Shown: one piece after another, positions 11,381 to 22,689 of the stretch
Numbering within the stretch: position 1 is the stretch's first letter
Layout of the letters: each line of letters opens with the position of its first letter
DNA from: Eledone cirrhosa
Lineage: Eukaryota
DNA length: 64,000 nt
Assembly: GCA_964016885.1 (NCBI GenBank)
Contig: OZ024743.1
Coordinates: 262,570,001-262,634,000 of the forward strand
Reading direction: 5' to 3'
Notes under the pieces: model-generated
Database searches by the model: none
The model's input: only the letters and a program-made list of their open reading frames with translations
Told to the model about the DNA's origin: nothing
Translations under genes and position numbers: made by a program

Positions 11381-14300
11381 ATCATCATCATCATCATCAT
11401 CAACGTTTAACGTCCGTGTTCCACGCTTGCATGGGTTTGGACGGGGGTTTTCCCACTTGAGGCAAGAGTGATTGTCTTGCTCGCATAGGACTGTCTGGCA
11501 GGTTTTCTACAGTTGGATGCCCTTCCTAACACCAACCACATTTACAGTGTGGGTCTGGGAGGTTTTTACCGTGTTGCCTACACGGCCACATTACAGCGTA
11601 GACTGTGTGTTTTTTTGTCGTGACACCTACACGATCTCATTTGTTTCGGCCTGGATGGTGTGGCACCAACATAACTTTACATAGAAGGGGGCGGTGTGGA
11701 TGGGGTGGGGGTGGTGGGACGGGGGTGTATTTTGTTAGAGATGCCTACTGACTGTAGTAGGTTTTACTTTGTATTTAGGTAAGGCGGGTCTTCTCTATTA
11801 CTGAGTACCGCCAAAGGTCTCGGTCCAGTGACATTGTCTTGGTGAGGTGTAAGTGTGTGAGGTCGGAGTTTATCAGCTCGTCCCAGGTTTTTCTGGGTCT
11901 GCCTATTCCGTGGCTACCGTCTATCTTTATTGCCCTGCACTTTGTTATACAGCTATCGTCCTTCATGCACATCACGTGACCATACCAACGTAGCCTTCTC
12001 TCTAGTAAACAACATCTGATCCCTCTTATTTCTAATTTTTTCCTTAGTTCGTTTATGCTTTGTCGTTCACGTATATTACTATTACACATCCAGCGGAGCA
12101 TGCAAGCTTCGTTTCTCTCTAGTCTGCGTATATCCTCTGCGCACAATGCCCAGGTCTCACTGCCATGCAACATTGCTGTTCGTATGCAACCATTGTACAG
12201 CCTGCCTTTCATTTTTAGGGAGAACCCTTTAGCGGCTAATAGTGGTATAAGCTCTCTGAACTTTTTCCACCCAGTTCTGACTCTAGCTACTGTACTTTCA
12301 GAGCACCCTCCCTCACTGCTGATTTTGTCACCCAGGTAACGGAAGCTGTCCACTATTTCTATAGAACCCTCTGTGCAGTTGAAAGAGCTAGTATTTTGTG
12401 GGCACTTGCTGCTACTTATTGCCCCAGAACACCGGCCACATGTAAAATCTATGTTCTTAGTTAGCTTACCTGTGATCCCACTACATCTTTTATGCACCCA
12501 AACTTTGCATTTGGGACACAAAATGGAATTTCTACCTACGCCTTTCCTACACTCTGCGCATGGCCACTTCCCGGAGGGGATCGCCGCCTTATTTTCTTTC
12601 TTACAAACTAGAACTTTAGTCTTAGCCAGGTTAATTTTAAGGCCTTTTGATTCTAGGCCGTGCTTCCATGTTTGGAATTTCTTCTCTAGCTCGGCCATTG
12701 ATTCAGCTATGAGCGTTAGATCATCTGCGTATAGGAGTTCCCATGGGCAGCCGGTCTTGAACTCCACTGTTATAGCCTGGAGGGCAATAATAAATAGTAG
12801 GGGGCTAAGAACAGAGCCCTGATGAACGCCAACTTTTACACTAAACTCTTCACTATATTCGTTGTTAATTCTAACCTTGCTGACTGTTTCTTTATACATG
12901 GCTTGTATAGCTCTCACAAGCCATTCATCAACACTTAGTTTTCTAAGAGCCCACCAGATAATGGAACGGGGGACTCTGTCGAAGGCCTTCTCCAAGTCGA
13001 CGAAAGCTAAGTATAGGGGTTTACTTTTAGCTAGGTACTTCTCCTGTAGTTGTCGTACAATGAAAAGAGCGTCTGTGGTACTTTTACCTGACACAAACCC
13101 GAACTGCATTTCATCTAGATCAATTCGCTCTCTGATTAGTTGCGCTATTACTTTTTCCGTGACCTTCATGACCTGGTCGATTAATTTAATGCCTCTATAG
13201 TTACTCCTATCTAGGGCATCTCCTTTACTCTTGTAACAGTTAACGATGATGCTGCTACGCCAATCCTTCGGAACAACCCCATTCTGTATGACTTGGTTGA
13301 CTATCCGGGTGACCATTGTGTGTCCCACCGTACCAGATGCCTTCAGCATCTCGGCAACTATTTCCGAAGGCCCAGCCGCCTTGCCTGTCTTCATATCTTT
13401 GATTGCCTTACTTATTATACTACCCTCGACTAACACTGCTGGTCCCTCTATTGGGTCGATGTGGGGGAGACTGTCTTTCTCCCATTTATTCTCCTCATTT
13501 AGTAGCCTTTCATAGTGACACTTCCAAGCTACCTTCTTATCGGCGTCGGTGATGGCAAGTATGCCGTCATCGTTAAGTACACACTTCTCCCCGACAATAT
13601 CACTGTTTTCCTTGACACATTGCCTACCAATCCTGAACACCTCACGTTTTTGGTCCTCACGTTGTAGAACATGCTTGAACTTTCTTTCCTCTGCTTCCCT
13701 TCTTGCGAAGTACACTTGTCTCCTAGCTTCCCTCCTGGCCACTTGATAGTCTTCTCTGCTTCCCCCATCCCGCCATACTTTCCAAGCCTGCTTTTTGGCC
13801 TTAATTGACCCCTCCACCTTACTGTTCCACCACCATGTTACTCTCCTCCTGCCTACAGGCCTGCTCCAGCCACAGACTTCGTCTGCCGCCGTCAGCAGGT
13901 TTGCTTTCAGGAATTCCCACTGTTCCTCTACCTTGTACGTCTCTAATTGCTCTTCCTCACTGTCGAAAGCATCAGGTAATATGCTTTGGAATTTATTTTT
14001 GGCTGTGGGGTCCTTTAGCTTCCATATTTTTCTCCTGAGGATAGTCCTCTTCTGTTGTCTAGTACGTCTCGTCCTGACTATTAGGTCGCTAATTATCAGT
14101 CTATGTTGGGAAGTGCATTCTTCATGGGAGAGGGATTTAGTGTTTACGACAGTCACTTTGTCACGTCTTCTGGTAAGGATATAATCTACCTGGCTAGTAT
14201 GTTCCCCTGATCTGTAGGTGATCAAGTGATTGTCTCGTTTTTTGAAGTTAGTGTTGCAGATAGTTAGGTTATTTGCGTCGCAGAATTCCAGGATTCTGGA

Positions 14301-15161
14301 GCCTTCCTCATTTCTAGTACCAAACCCATAGCCTCCATGGATTTCGTCATAGCCGTCACAATGTTGTCCAACGTGACCGTTTAGGTCGCCTGCAATAATT
14401 ATATAGTCACTGTCGGTTATTTGGGAGGTAGTGAGCATCAGTGTCTCATAGAATCTGTCTTTTATAGTGCTGGGCAGTCCGGATTGGGGTGCGTACGCGG
14501 ATATTACTGTCACCGTAGTTCTATTGAGGACAAGTCTTATTTTAATTATTCTGTCGTTCACTCTATTTACGTCTATTATCTTATCTGCCCACTTTTCTGC
14601 TACCATGATTCCTACTCCACCCAGCCCATTGTCGTTTCCCACCCAGAAAAGCTTATAGCATCGTTTTCTACCCACAATGTATCTAGCAGATCCACCCCTC
14701 CACCTGGTCTCTTGAATACAACAAACATCGACCTCCTTACGTTCAAGCATTTCTACAACCTCGTTAGAGCGACCCTTTAAGGTGCCTACATTCAAGGTAC
14801 CAAATCTGAAGTTTTGGATTGCGTTTGGGGGGTTGGAAAGGTGGGGAGCGGGGGGAGATGGGGTTATGTTAACCATCCGCGGCCGAAACAAAGAGGCATG
14901 CTCGCATTTTCGTCCTCGAGGTGTGATTGTCTTTAACTTTGGCATTGTCGTTGAGCGTCCAGATTTTTCTCTCTTCAACTCTCCGGAACTCCGTAGTCCT
15001 TCCATCCTACATATCGAAGGCGACCAGGTAAGCGATAGTATAGGCCTCTGGCTTATGATTGGTCCACGTAATAATAATGGTGGTGTGTGGGGGCAGGAGG
15101 GAGGGGTGTTGAGTTGTTAGCGAGAAGGATAGGTTTAAGTGAGAACCCCGTATTAACGAAC
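11381..15161 (-). mobile_element. Full-length RTE-clade non-LTR retrotransposon
   Basis: ~155-nt 5' UTR, single long ORF, ~390-nt 3' UTR ending GGACGTTAAACGT(TGA)n. TA runs lie at both flanks. Confidence 0.95.
11775..15005 (-). CDS. RTE LINE polyprotein: APE endonuclease plus reverse transcriptase with an internal PHD-type zinc finger (1076 aa)
   Basis: APE motifs GTLNV, IQETRW, SAYAPQ, GDLNG, QVDYIL, SQH. RT motifs NYRGIKL, QFGF, FVDLEKAFDRV, GVHQGSVLSPLLF, LYADD, FRYLG. RTE C-terminal RRLRWYGHV and GRPRKTW. ATG start, no internal stop. Confidence 0.95.
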   Translation of the reverse strand: MEGLRSSGELKREKSGRSTTMPKLKTITPRGRKCEHASLFRPRMVNITPSPPAPHLSNPPNAIQNFRFGTLNVGTLKGRSNEVVEMLERKEVDVCCIQETRWRGGSARYIVGRKRCYKLFWVGNDNGLGGVGIMVAEKWADKIIDVNRVNDRIIKIRLVLNRTTVTVISAYAPQSGLPSTIKDRFYETLMLTTSQITDSDYIIIAGDLNGHVGQHCDGYDEIHGGYGFGTRNEEGSRILEFCDANNLTICNTNFKKRDNHLITYRSGEHTSQVDYILTRRRDKVTVVNTKSLSHEECTSQHRLIISDLIVRTRRTRQQKRTILRRKIWKLKDPTAKNKFQSILPDAFDSEEEQLETYKVEEQWEFLKANLLTAADEVCGWSRPVGRRRVTWWWNSKVEGSIKAKKQAWKVWRDGGSREDYQVARREARRQVYFARREAEERKFKHVLQREDQKREVFRIGRQCVKENSDIVGEKCVLNDDGILAITDADKKVAWKCHYERLLNEENKWEKDSLPHIDPIEGPAVLVEGSIISKAIKDMKTGKAAGPSEIVAEMLKASGTVGHTMVTRIVNQVIQNGVVPKDWRSSIIVNCYKSKGDALDRSNYRGIKLIDQVMKVTEKVIAQLIRERIDLDEMQFGFVSGKSTTDALFIVRQLQEKYLAKSKPLYLAFVDLEKAFDRVPRSIIWWALRKLSVDEWLVRAIQAMYKETVSKVRINNEYSEEFSVKVGVHQGSVLSPLLFIIALQAITVEFKTGCPWELLYADDLTLIAESMAELEKKFQTWKHGLESKGLKINLAKTKVLVCKKENKAAIPSGKWPCAECRKGVGRNSILCPKCKVWVHKRCSGITGKLTKNIDFTCGRCSGAISSSKCPQNTSSFNCTEGSIEIVDSFRYLGDKISSEGGCSESTVARVRTGWKKFRELIPLLAAKGFSLKMKGRLYNGCIRTAMLHGSETWALCAEDIRRLERNEACMLRWMCNSNIRERQSINELRKKLEIRGIRCCLLERRLRWYGHVMCMKDDSCITKCRAIKIDGSHGIGRPRKTWDELINSDLTHLHLTKTMSLDRDLWRYSVIEKTRLT

Positions 15162-15165
15162 AAAA

Positions 15166-15216
<51 letters not shown>

Positions 15217-15225
15217 TAGATATAT

Positions 15226-16250
15226 AACGGCTACCCTGCTTCCTTCTCCACCCCACAACGAAAACCCAGACCCAGAGACCGGACCAACACAAACAATAGT
15301 TGCTTCTTCAAAATCCCACATCTCAGCAAAGAAACCAGCAACGCCATATACAAAGCCATCAGTAGAGAGGGTCTCAATATCAAACTAGCTCACTCTGGAC
15401 CTTCTCTGCGAAGATACCTCTTCACAAGGCAATCCCCCAATGAGGATAACGGATGCACCCTAGCTAATTGCCCTATCTGCAACACTATTTGTTGCCTATG
15501 TACCTACGTAGTATATAGGCTAGAATGTAACAAGTGCAATCTATTTTACATAGGCAGAACTCCTTCTGCAAACACATCATCAAATGTGGAAACTGGGACA
15601 ACAACATTACCACCACAGTCTTAGCTACCAAATGCAGTATAGGCACACTGAGAAGGAAGGAAACACTCTTGATCAAGCAATTAAAACCAAGGATCAATAA
15701 TCAAATGGAAAGAAGTGCACTAGAATGGCTAATTTGAAAGCCTGTATTCCAACATCCCAGTGTCCCGTTTCATTCTTTCTTTCAAATTAAATACATATCC
15801 TCACTAAGCAAACACATTTAGACTCACACACACACACACACATACACATATATATTACACACATATTTTCCCTTTTTATTATATACATATTCGCACATAC
15901 ATTTCACTACATAAACTTACATTCATGCACACATACAAACATCCCACTAAGCACACTTACATTCATGCATACACACGCATATATCATTCACTTTTTCCCA
16001 GACATTTTCACAACGCGCATGCTTGAAATTTTAACATCTTTCCATTTCATTTAACTTAAATCTGCCTTCCTAACAACTCATCTCCGATCAATCCTTTAAG
16101 TCTCTCACGGGGATACTCCCTTGATAATGGGTTTTTAAGCTCGAAAATATTTGGGATTATTAAATTTGCTAAGGTAAGATTCTATTGTTATCTTGGCAAT
16201 TTTAATTTTCTATTGCATTGTAGGGTTTTTTAAATTATTTAAATTTGTGT
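15226..16250 (+). mobile_element. 5'-truncated Penelope-like element: GIY-YIG endonuclease remnant and terminal repeat
   Basis: The frame from 15226 reads NGYP...FKIPHLS...SLRRYL...CTLANCPIC...VVYRLECNKCNLFYIGRT. After a frame-shifting deletion it continues ETLLIKQLKPRINNQ to the stop at 15737. Confidence 0.9.
16117..16156 (+). ncRNA. Decayed minimal hammerhead ribozyme in the Penelope terminal repeat
   Basis: TCCC TTGATAA T GGGTTT-TT-AAGCTC GAAA ATAT TT GGGA. The architecture is complete but the core differs from CTGATGA by two transitions. Confidence 0.6.
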
Positions 16251-17429
16251 TTCCTATTCAACAATGTTTCAAGCAAACTACAACACTCTGTTATATATAT
16301 ATATTAAGTAAGACAGCACAAGTTGAATTATTTGAGATAATTCCCTATACACAATGGTTGAAGAAATGGATCCTTTGTTTCATAGTGGGCTGTTACAATA
16401 TTTAAGGGAATAGTCTGAGAATTTAACTGAGGCTTAAAATATATAAATGTGTGTGTGTGTGTGTTTATATCCATGTATGTCTTTATGTTGACTCAATTTA
16501 ACTATCAATCTCCAGATCGCATGAAACTACATTAGCAACATATTCCAGGAAAACACAAAACAATACTATGATTGCATTACACAAAATATTAAAGCCTTTA
16601 CTTTAGTTTATTGCAAATTTGCACAATCATCTATCTACTGGTAAAGATGTTATAAATAATTTCAAAAAACAAACCTGTTTTTAGATGTTTTCTACTAAAT
16701 CATTACAAGCTGTTAAGAGTTGAATAGGCAGGGACATTTGATTATGTTCTGCAACTGAGTGGTGCAATATGTGCTATACTTAGAATTAATTAAGGGTTGA
16801 CATCTGGAAGGTTATCTTGACACAGAATACTGCATCCAAAAAGCCTCTCCAACCCATGAAGGCAAGGAAAAGCAGTTGTAAACACAATTATGATGACAAT
16901 GCTTATTAATATGATATTAAAAAAAGAATAATTCAGATAGCAGACATTAGTTATTTTTAGTAAGACAAACTAAATTGTAGAAGTGACTATATCTAGCAGG
17001 CATGTACCCAATTCATGTTATAGGTGCACAAGGTATGCAGTAGCATCACAAACAGGCTTTGTATGACAGTACACAGGAGTAGTTAGCAGTAAAAGCGCCC
17101 ATGAAATGGATTTCTTCAAATATCTAGAAGGTTACTCATTCAAAGTAGTTGATAGATTCTGTTACCTAAGTCAGGGCTTCTTAAACTTCTTTCATTTGGA
17201 ACCTCTTTAAATAAGATGCAATTTTCTGAGACCCTTCACTCAATGCTTTAATATATATGATGAACGTTAAACGATGATGACGATGATGACGATGATGATG
17301 ATGATGATATATGCAAACTGTGGGTACACAAAAGATGTAGCGGGATTCAGGTTGGCTAGCAAAGAATGTAGGTGTTTCATGTGGCTGTTGCACTGGAGCA
17401 GTAAGCAGCAAATGTTCATAGGTGTAGCA

Positions 17430-17712
17430 TAGAAGCAGTTGATAATTTCTGTTACCTGGATGACCAAATTAGCACAAGAGGTGGGTATTCTGAAAATACA
17501 GTAGCCAGAGTCAGAATGTGATGGAAAAGTTGAAGGGAGCTACTACCGCAGCTAGCTACAAAGGGTTTTCCCTCAAAATGAAGGGTGGATTGTATGAGGC
17601 ATGTATACAAACTGCAATGCTTGCATGGCAGTGAAACATGGGCACTGTGTGCAGAGGACTTACGTAAATTGGAAAGAAATGAAGCTTGCATACTCCAATA
17701 GATGTGCAATAG

Positions 17713-17718
<6 letters not shown>
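17430..17718 (+). mobile_element. Internal RTE LINE fragment (post-RT region)
   Basis: Homologous to FRYLG...[10 protein letters not shown]...WMCNSN. It breaks at AGTAATATA into (TA)n. Confidence 0.85.
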
Positions 17719-17770
<52 letters not shown>

Positions 17771-17783
17771 ATATATATATAGA

Positions 17784-20700
17784 TATAAAAGACAGATTCT
17801 ATGAGTCGTTAATGCTCACTACTTCCCAAATAACCAACAGTAACTACATAATTATTGCTGGTGACCTAAATGGTCATGTTGGACAACATTGTGACGGCTA
17901 TGACGGAATCCATGGAGGCTACGAGAAATGAGGTACCAGAAATGAGGAAGGCTTCGGAATCCTGGAATTCTGTGGTGTAAATAACCTAACTATCTGTAAC
18001 ACAAACTTCAAAAAACGAGACAATTACTTGATCACCTATAGATCAGGGGAACACACCAGTCAGATAGATTATATCCTTACTAGAAAACATGACAAAGTGT
18101 CATTGTAAACACTAAATCCCTCCCCCATGAAGAATGCACCTCCCAACATAGCCTCATAGTTAGTGACCTCATAGTCAGGATGAGACGTACTCGACAACAG
18201 AGGAGGACTACCCTGAAAAGAAGAATATGGAAGTTAAAGGACCCCACAGCCAGTAACAAATTTAAAAGCATATTACTCAATGTTTTTGACAGTAAGGAAG
18301 AGAAATTAGAGACGTACAGTATATAGGAACAGTGGGAATTCCTGAAAGTTAACTGCTGAAGGCGACAGATGAAATCTGTGGCTGGAGCAGACCTATAGGC
18401 AGGAGGAGAGTAACATGGTGGTGGAACAGTAAGGTGGAAGAGTCAATCAAGACCAAAAAGCAAGCTTGGAAAGTATGGCGGGATGGGGGAAGTAGAGAAC
18501 ACTATCAAGTGGCCAGGAGGGAAGCTGGGAGACAAGTGTACTTCGCAAGAAGGGAAGCAGAGGAAAGAAAGTTCAAGCATGTTCTACAACGCGAGGACCA
18601 AAAATGTGAGGTGTTCAGGATTGCTAGACAATGTGTCAAGGAAAACCGTGATATTGTCGGGGAGAAGTGTGTCCGTAATGATAATGGTATACTTGCCATC
18701 ACTGATACTGATAAGAAGGTAGCTTGGAAGTGTCACTATGAGAGGCTACTAAAGGAGGAGAATAAGTGGGAAAAAGATAGTCTGCCCCAAATCGATCAAT
18801 AGCGGGTCCAGCAGTGCAAGTTGAAGGTAGTATAATAAGTAAGACAATCAAAGATATGAAGACAGGTAAAGCAGCTGGGCCTTCTGAGATAGTTGCTGAA
18901 ATGCTGAAAGCATCTGGATCGGTGGGACACACTATGGTCACCCGGATAGTAATACAGAATGGGGTCATACCAAATGACTGGCGTATCTGCATCATCATTA
19001 ACTGCTAAAGGGTAAAGGAGATGCCCTAGATAGGGGAAACTAAAGAGACATTAAATTAATTGACCAGGTCATGAAGGTCACAGAAAAAGTTATAGCACAA
19101 CTAATCAGAGAGCGAATTGATCTGGATGAAATGTAGTTTGGGTTTGTGTCAGGTAAAAGTACCACAGACACTCTTTTCCTTGTACGACAACTACAGGAGA
19201 AGTACCTAGCTAAAAGTAAACCCCTATACTTAGCTTTTGTTGACTTGGAGAAAGCCTTTGACAGAGTCCCCTGCTCCATTATCTGGTGGGCTCTTAGAAA
19301 ACTAGGTGTTGATGAATGGCTTGTGAGAACTATACAAGCTATGTATAAAGAAACAGTCAGCAAGGTTAGAATTAACAACGAATATAGTGAGGAATTTAAC
19401 GTAAAAGTTGGTGTCCATCAGGGCTCTGTCCTTAGCCCCCTCCTATTTATTATTGCCCTTCAAGGTATAACAGAGGAGTTCAAGACCGGCTGCCCATGGG
19501 AACTTCTATATGCAGATGATCTAACACTCATAGCTGAATCAATGGCTGAACTAGAGAAGAAATTCCAAACTTGGAAGCATGGCCTAGAATCAAAAGGCCT
19601 TAAAATTAACTTGTCTAAGACTAAAGTTCTAGTATGTAGGAAGGAAAATAGGGCACTTGTCCCCTCTGGGAAATGGCCATGCTCAGTGTGTAGGAAAGGA
19701 GTAAGCAGAAACTCCCATTTTATGTCCCAAATGCAAAGTATGGGTGCATAAAAGATGTAGTGGGATCACAGGTAAGCTAACTAAGAACATAGATTTTATA
19801 TGTGGCCGCTGCTCAGGTGCAATAAGTAGTAGCAAGTGCCCACAGGATACTAGCTCCTTCCATTGCCCAGATGGTTCTATAGAAATAGTGGACACCTTCC
19901 GTTACCTGGGTGACAAAATCAGCAGTGGTGGAGGGTGCTCTGAAAGTACAGTAGCTAGAGTCAGAACGGGATGGAAAAAGTTCAGAGAGCTTATACCACT
20001 ATTGGCCGCTAAAGGTTTCTCTCTAAAAATGAAAGGCAGACTGTATGATGCCTGCATACGAACAGCATTGTGTGCAGAGGATCTGTGCAGACTGGAGAGG
20101 AACGAAGCTTGCATGCTCCATTGGATGTGTAATAGTAATAAACGTGAACGGCAAAGCATAAATGAACTAAGTGAGAAATTAGGAATAAGAGGGATCAGAT
20201 GCTGTTTACTCGAGAGAAGACTACGTTGGTATGGTCATGTGATGCGCATGAAAGATGACAGCTGTATCAAAAAAGTGCAGGGCAATCAAAATAGATGGAA
20301 GCTATGGAGTAGGCAGACCCAGAAAAAGCTGGGACGATTTGATAAATTCCGACCTTACACACTTACACCTCTCCAAGACAATGTCACTGGACCGAGATCT
20401 TTGACGCTACGCAGTAATACAGAAGACCCACCTTGCCTAAGTACAAAGCGAAACCTACAGTCAGTAGGCACCTCTTAACCAAAAATACACCCCCATCTCA
20501 CTACCCCTACCCCCACCCCATCTACACCACCCCTTTCTCTGTAAAGTTATGTTGGCACCACAACATCCAGTCCTAAATAAATGAGGTCCTGTAGGTGTCA
20601 CGACTAAAAAACACAGTCCACACTGTAATGTGGCCGTGTAGGTAACACGGTAAAAACCTCCAGTCCACACTGTAAACATGGTTGGTGTTAGGAAGGGTAT

Positions 20701-20823
20701 CCAGCCATAGAAAACCCGCCAGACAGTCCTATATGAGCAAGACAACCAATCTTGCCTCACGTGGGATAATTCCCATCTAAACCCATGCTAGCGTGGAAGA
20801 TAGACGTTAAACGATGATGATGA
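17784..20823 (+). mobile_element. Near-complete, 5'-truncated, frameshifted copy of the RTE LINE
   Basis: Colinear with the intact copy from IKDRFYE to the (TGA)n tail (ORF pieces at 18434, 18814, 19146, 19744). (TA)n on both sides. Confidence 0.95.
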
Positions 20824-20877
20824 TATATATATATACATATATATACATTCATATATATACATATATATATATATATA

Positions 20878-21562
20878 TAATAATAACTAGGAATTGATCA
20901 ATATATATATAAATAAATATAAACATGAAAAATCACAGGAGATAATTTTTACAAGCGTGTAACCACGCATGGGTAGTAGGTAACAAGTAAATAAAGTTAA
21001 CTAGAACTTCAAAAATATATACCTTTTAATGATTAATCTTCCCTGTATATATTTCATTAAAGAAATATATTTCACCAATTAATCAGATGGTAAGTCACAG
21101 AAAGTGGATATTATTGGATTATCAACAAGGAAGAATAATATCAAGCGATCCATGTTTACACTTCGAGTCAAAATCTTAAACTGGCCGATACCACGTGTTG
21201 ATATTACACATCACAGCGGCTTCGTTTCAGTGGCGTGAATAGGTATTCGACAACTAGAAATAGCAGTCAATTCCCTTCAACAGAGTTAGCTCTACAATTA
21301 AGGAGCAGTATTATATCTATATCCAAAATTAAGATAGATTAAAAGAATTCAATCAGAATCGAAATTGTGGGTGTCATTCCTTAAAGGAATGCACCATATC
21401 GCCCGGAAAATAAGCTCTAGGACTTTATAGGTACGAGCATTTTATAATAATAACTAGGAATTGATCAACATATATATAAATAAATATAAACATGAAAAAT
21501 CACAGGAGATAATTTTTACAAGCATGTAACCACGCATGGCTAGTAGGTAACAAATAAATAAA
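20878..21562. mobile_element. Element with ~115-bp direct repeats, period 567 (pseudo-LTR-like)
   Basis: TAATAACTAGGAATTGATCAA...CATGAAAAATCACAGGAGATAATTTTTACAAGC...TAGTAGGTAACAA at 20881 and 21448. Confidence 0.6.
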
Positions 21563-22098
21563 AAGTGCAGGGTGATCAAAATTGATGGTAGTTACGGAGT
21601 AGATAGACCCAGAAATACCTGGGATGATCTGATAAATTCCGACCTCACACACTTACATCTCTCTAAGACAATGTCTCTGGACCAAGATCTTTGGCACTAC
21701 GCAGTAATATAGAAGACCCGCCTTGCAAAGTACAAAGTGAAACCTACAGTCAGTAGGCACCTATTAACCAAATATACACCCCAATCCACTACCCTTACCC
21801 TATCCTCCCACCCCCACCAACAGCATGAGAAAATGAGATCGAGATCGTGTAGGTGTCACGACAAAAAACACACACAGTCCACGCTGTAATGTGGCCGTGT
21901 AGGTAACATGGTAAAAACCTCCCAGTTCCACACTGTAAATGTGGTTGGTGTTAGGAAGGGCATCCAGCCGTAGAAAACCTGCCAGATAGTCCTATATGAG
22001 CGAAACATGGTCACCCGACCAGCCTTGCCTCAAGTGGGACAACTCCCGTCTAACCCATGCTAGCGTGGAAGATGGACGTTAAACAATGATGATGATGA
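21562..22098 (+). mobile_element. RTE LINE 3' fragment
   Basis: Last codons of the ORF plus the full 3' UTR and (TGA)n tail, followed by (TA)n. Confidence 0.9.
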
Positions 22099-22101
22099 CA
22101 C

Positions 22102-22166
<65 letters not shown>

Positions 22167-22689
22167 TATACACATAAACAAAGGGATATTTAATTTGTTG
22201 GTAATTCAACAAATATATTTATAACAGATTTGAAGCACTCGACATATTTTCTGGAGTATAATATCAATGATATTAATAAATGGAAACTATATATATAAAA
22301 CCATATTTATTCTATTATATATATTTCAAGGGTACCAAAACTTTGGTACATGCTCATCAGATAAAATACAAAGTTTGTTTTATAAATAGTGACATACCTA
22401 GGAATGAGACCTTAATGGTTCAAGTTTTGTCTGGATAGTGAAAGGAAAGAGGGAAAAAGGGAAAAGAGGAAAAGGGGAAGAAAGGGAAAAACAAATATTT
22501 CAAATTAATTTGATGAATATGCAAATGAAGTTGAAGCGTAGGGCTGAAAAAATCGTTATTTTTAGACGCTAGGTAGATTTAAATAATTATCAGGATATAT
22601 ATATGTATATATAGGAAGAAGAAGGAGAACCTTGTATTTATATTATTACAGTGTACGTGAATTAAAAAATTGAAAAATTGAATCAAATA

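Noticed and set aside
12055-15120. Plus-strand ORFs overlapping the LINE
   Set aside because: Antisense shadows of the RT frame, with no recognisable motifs.
15006-15175. HDV-like ribozyme at the RTE 5' end
   Set aside because: Expected for some RTEs, but I could not build the nested double pseudoknot by eye; a descriptor search would be needed.
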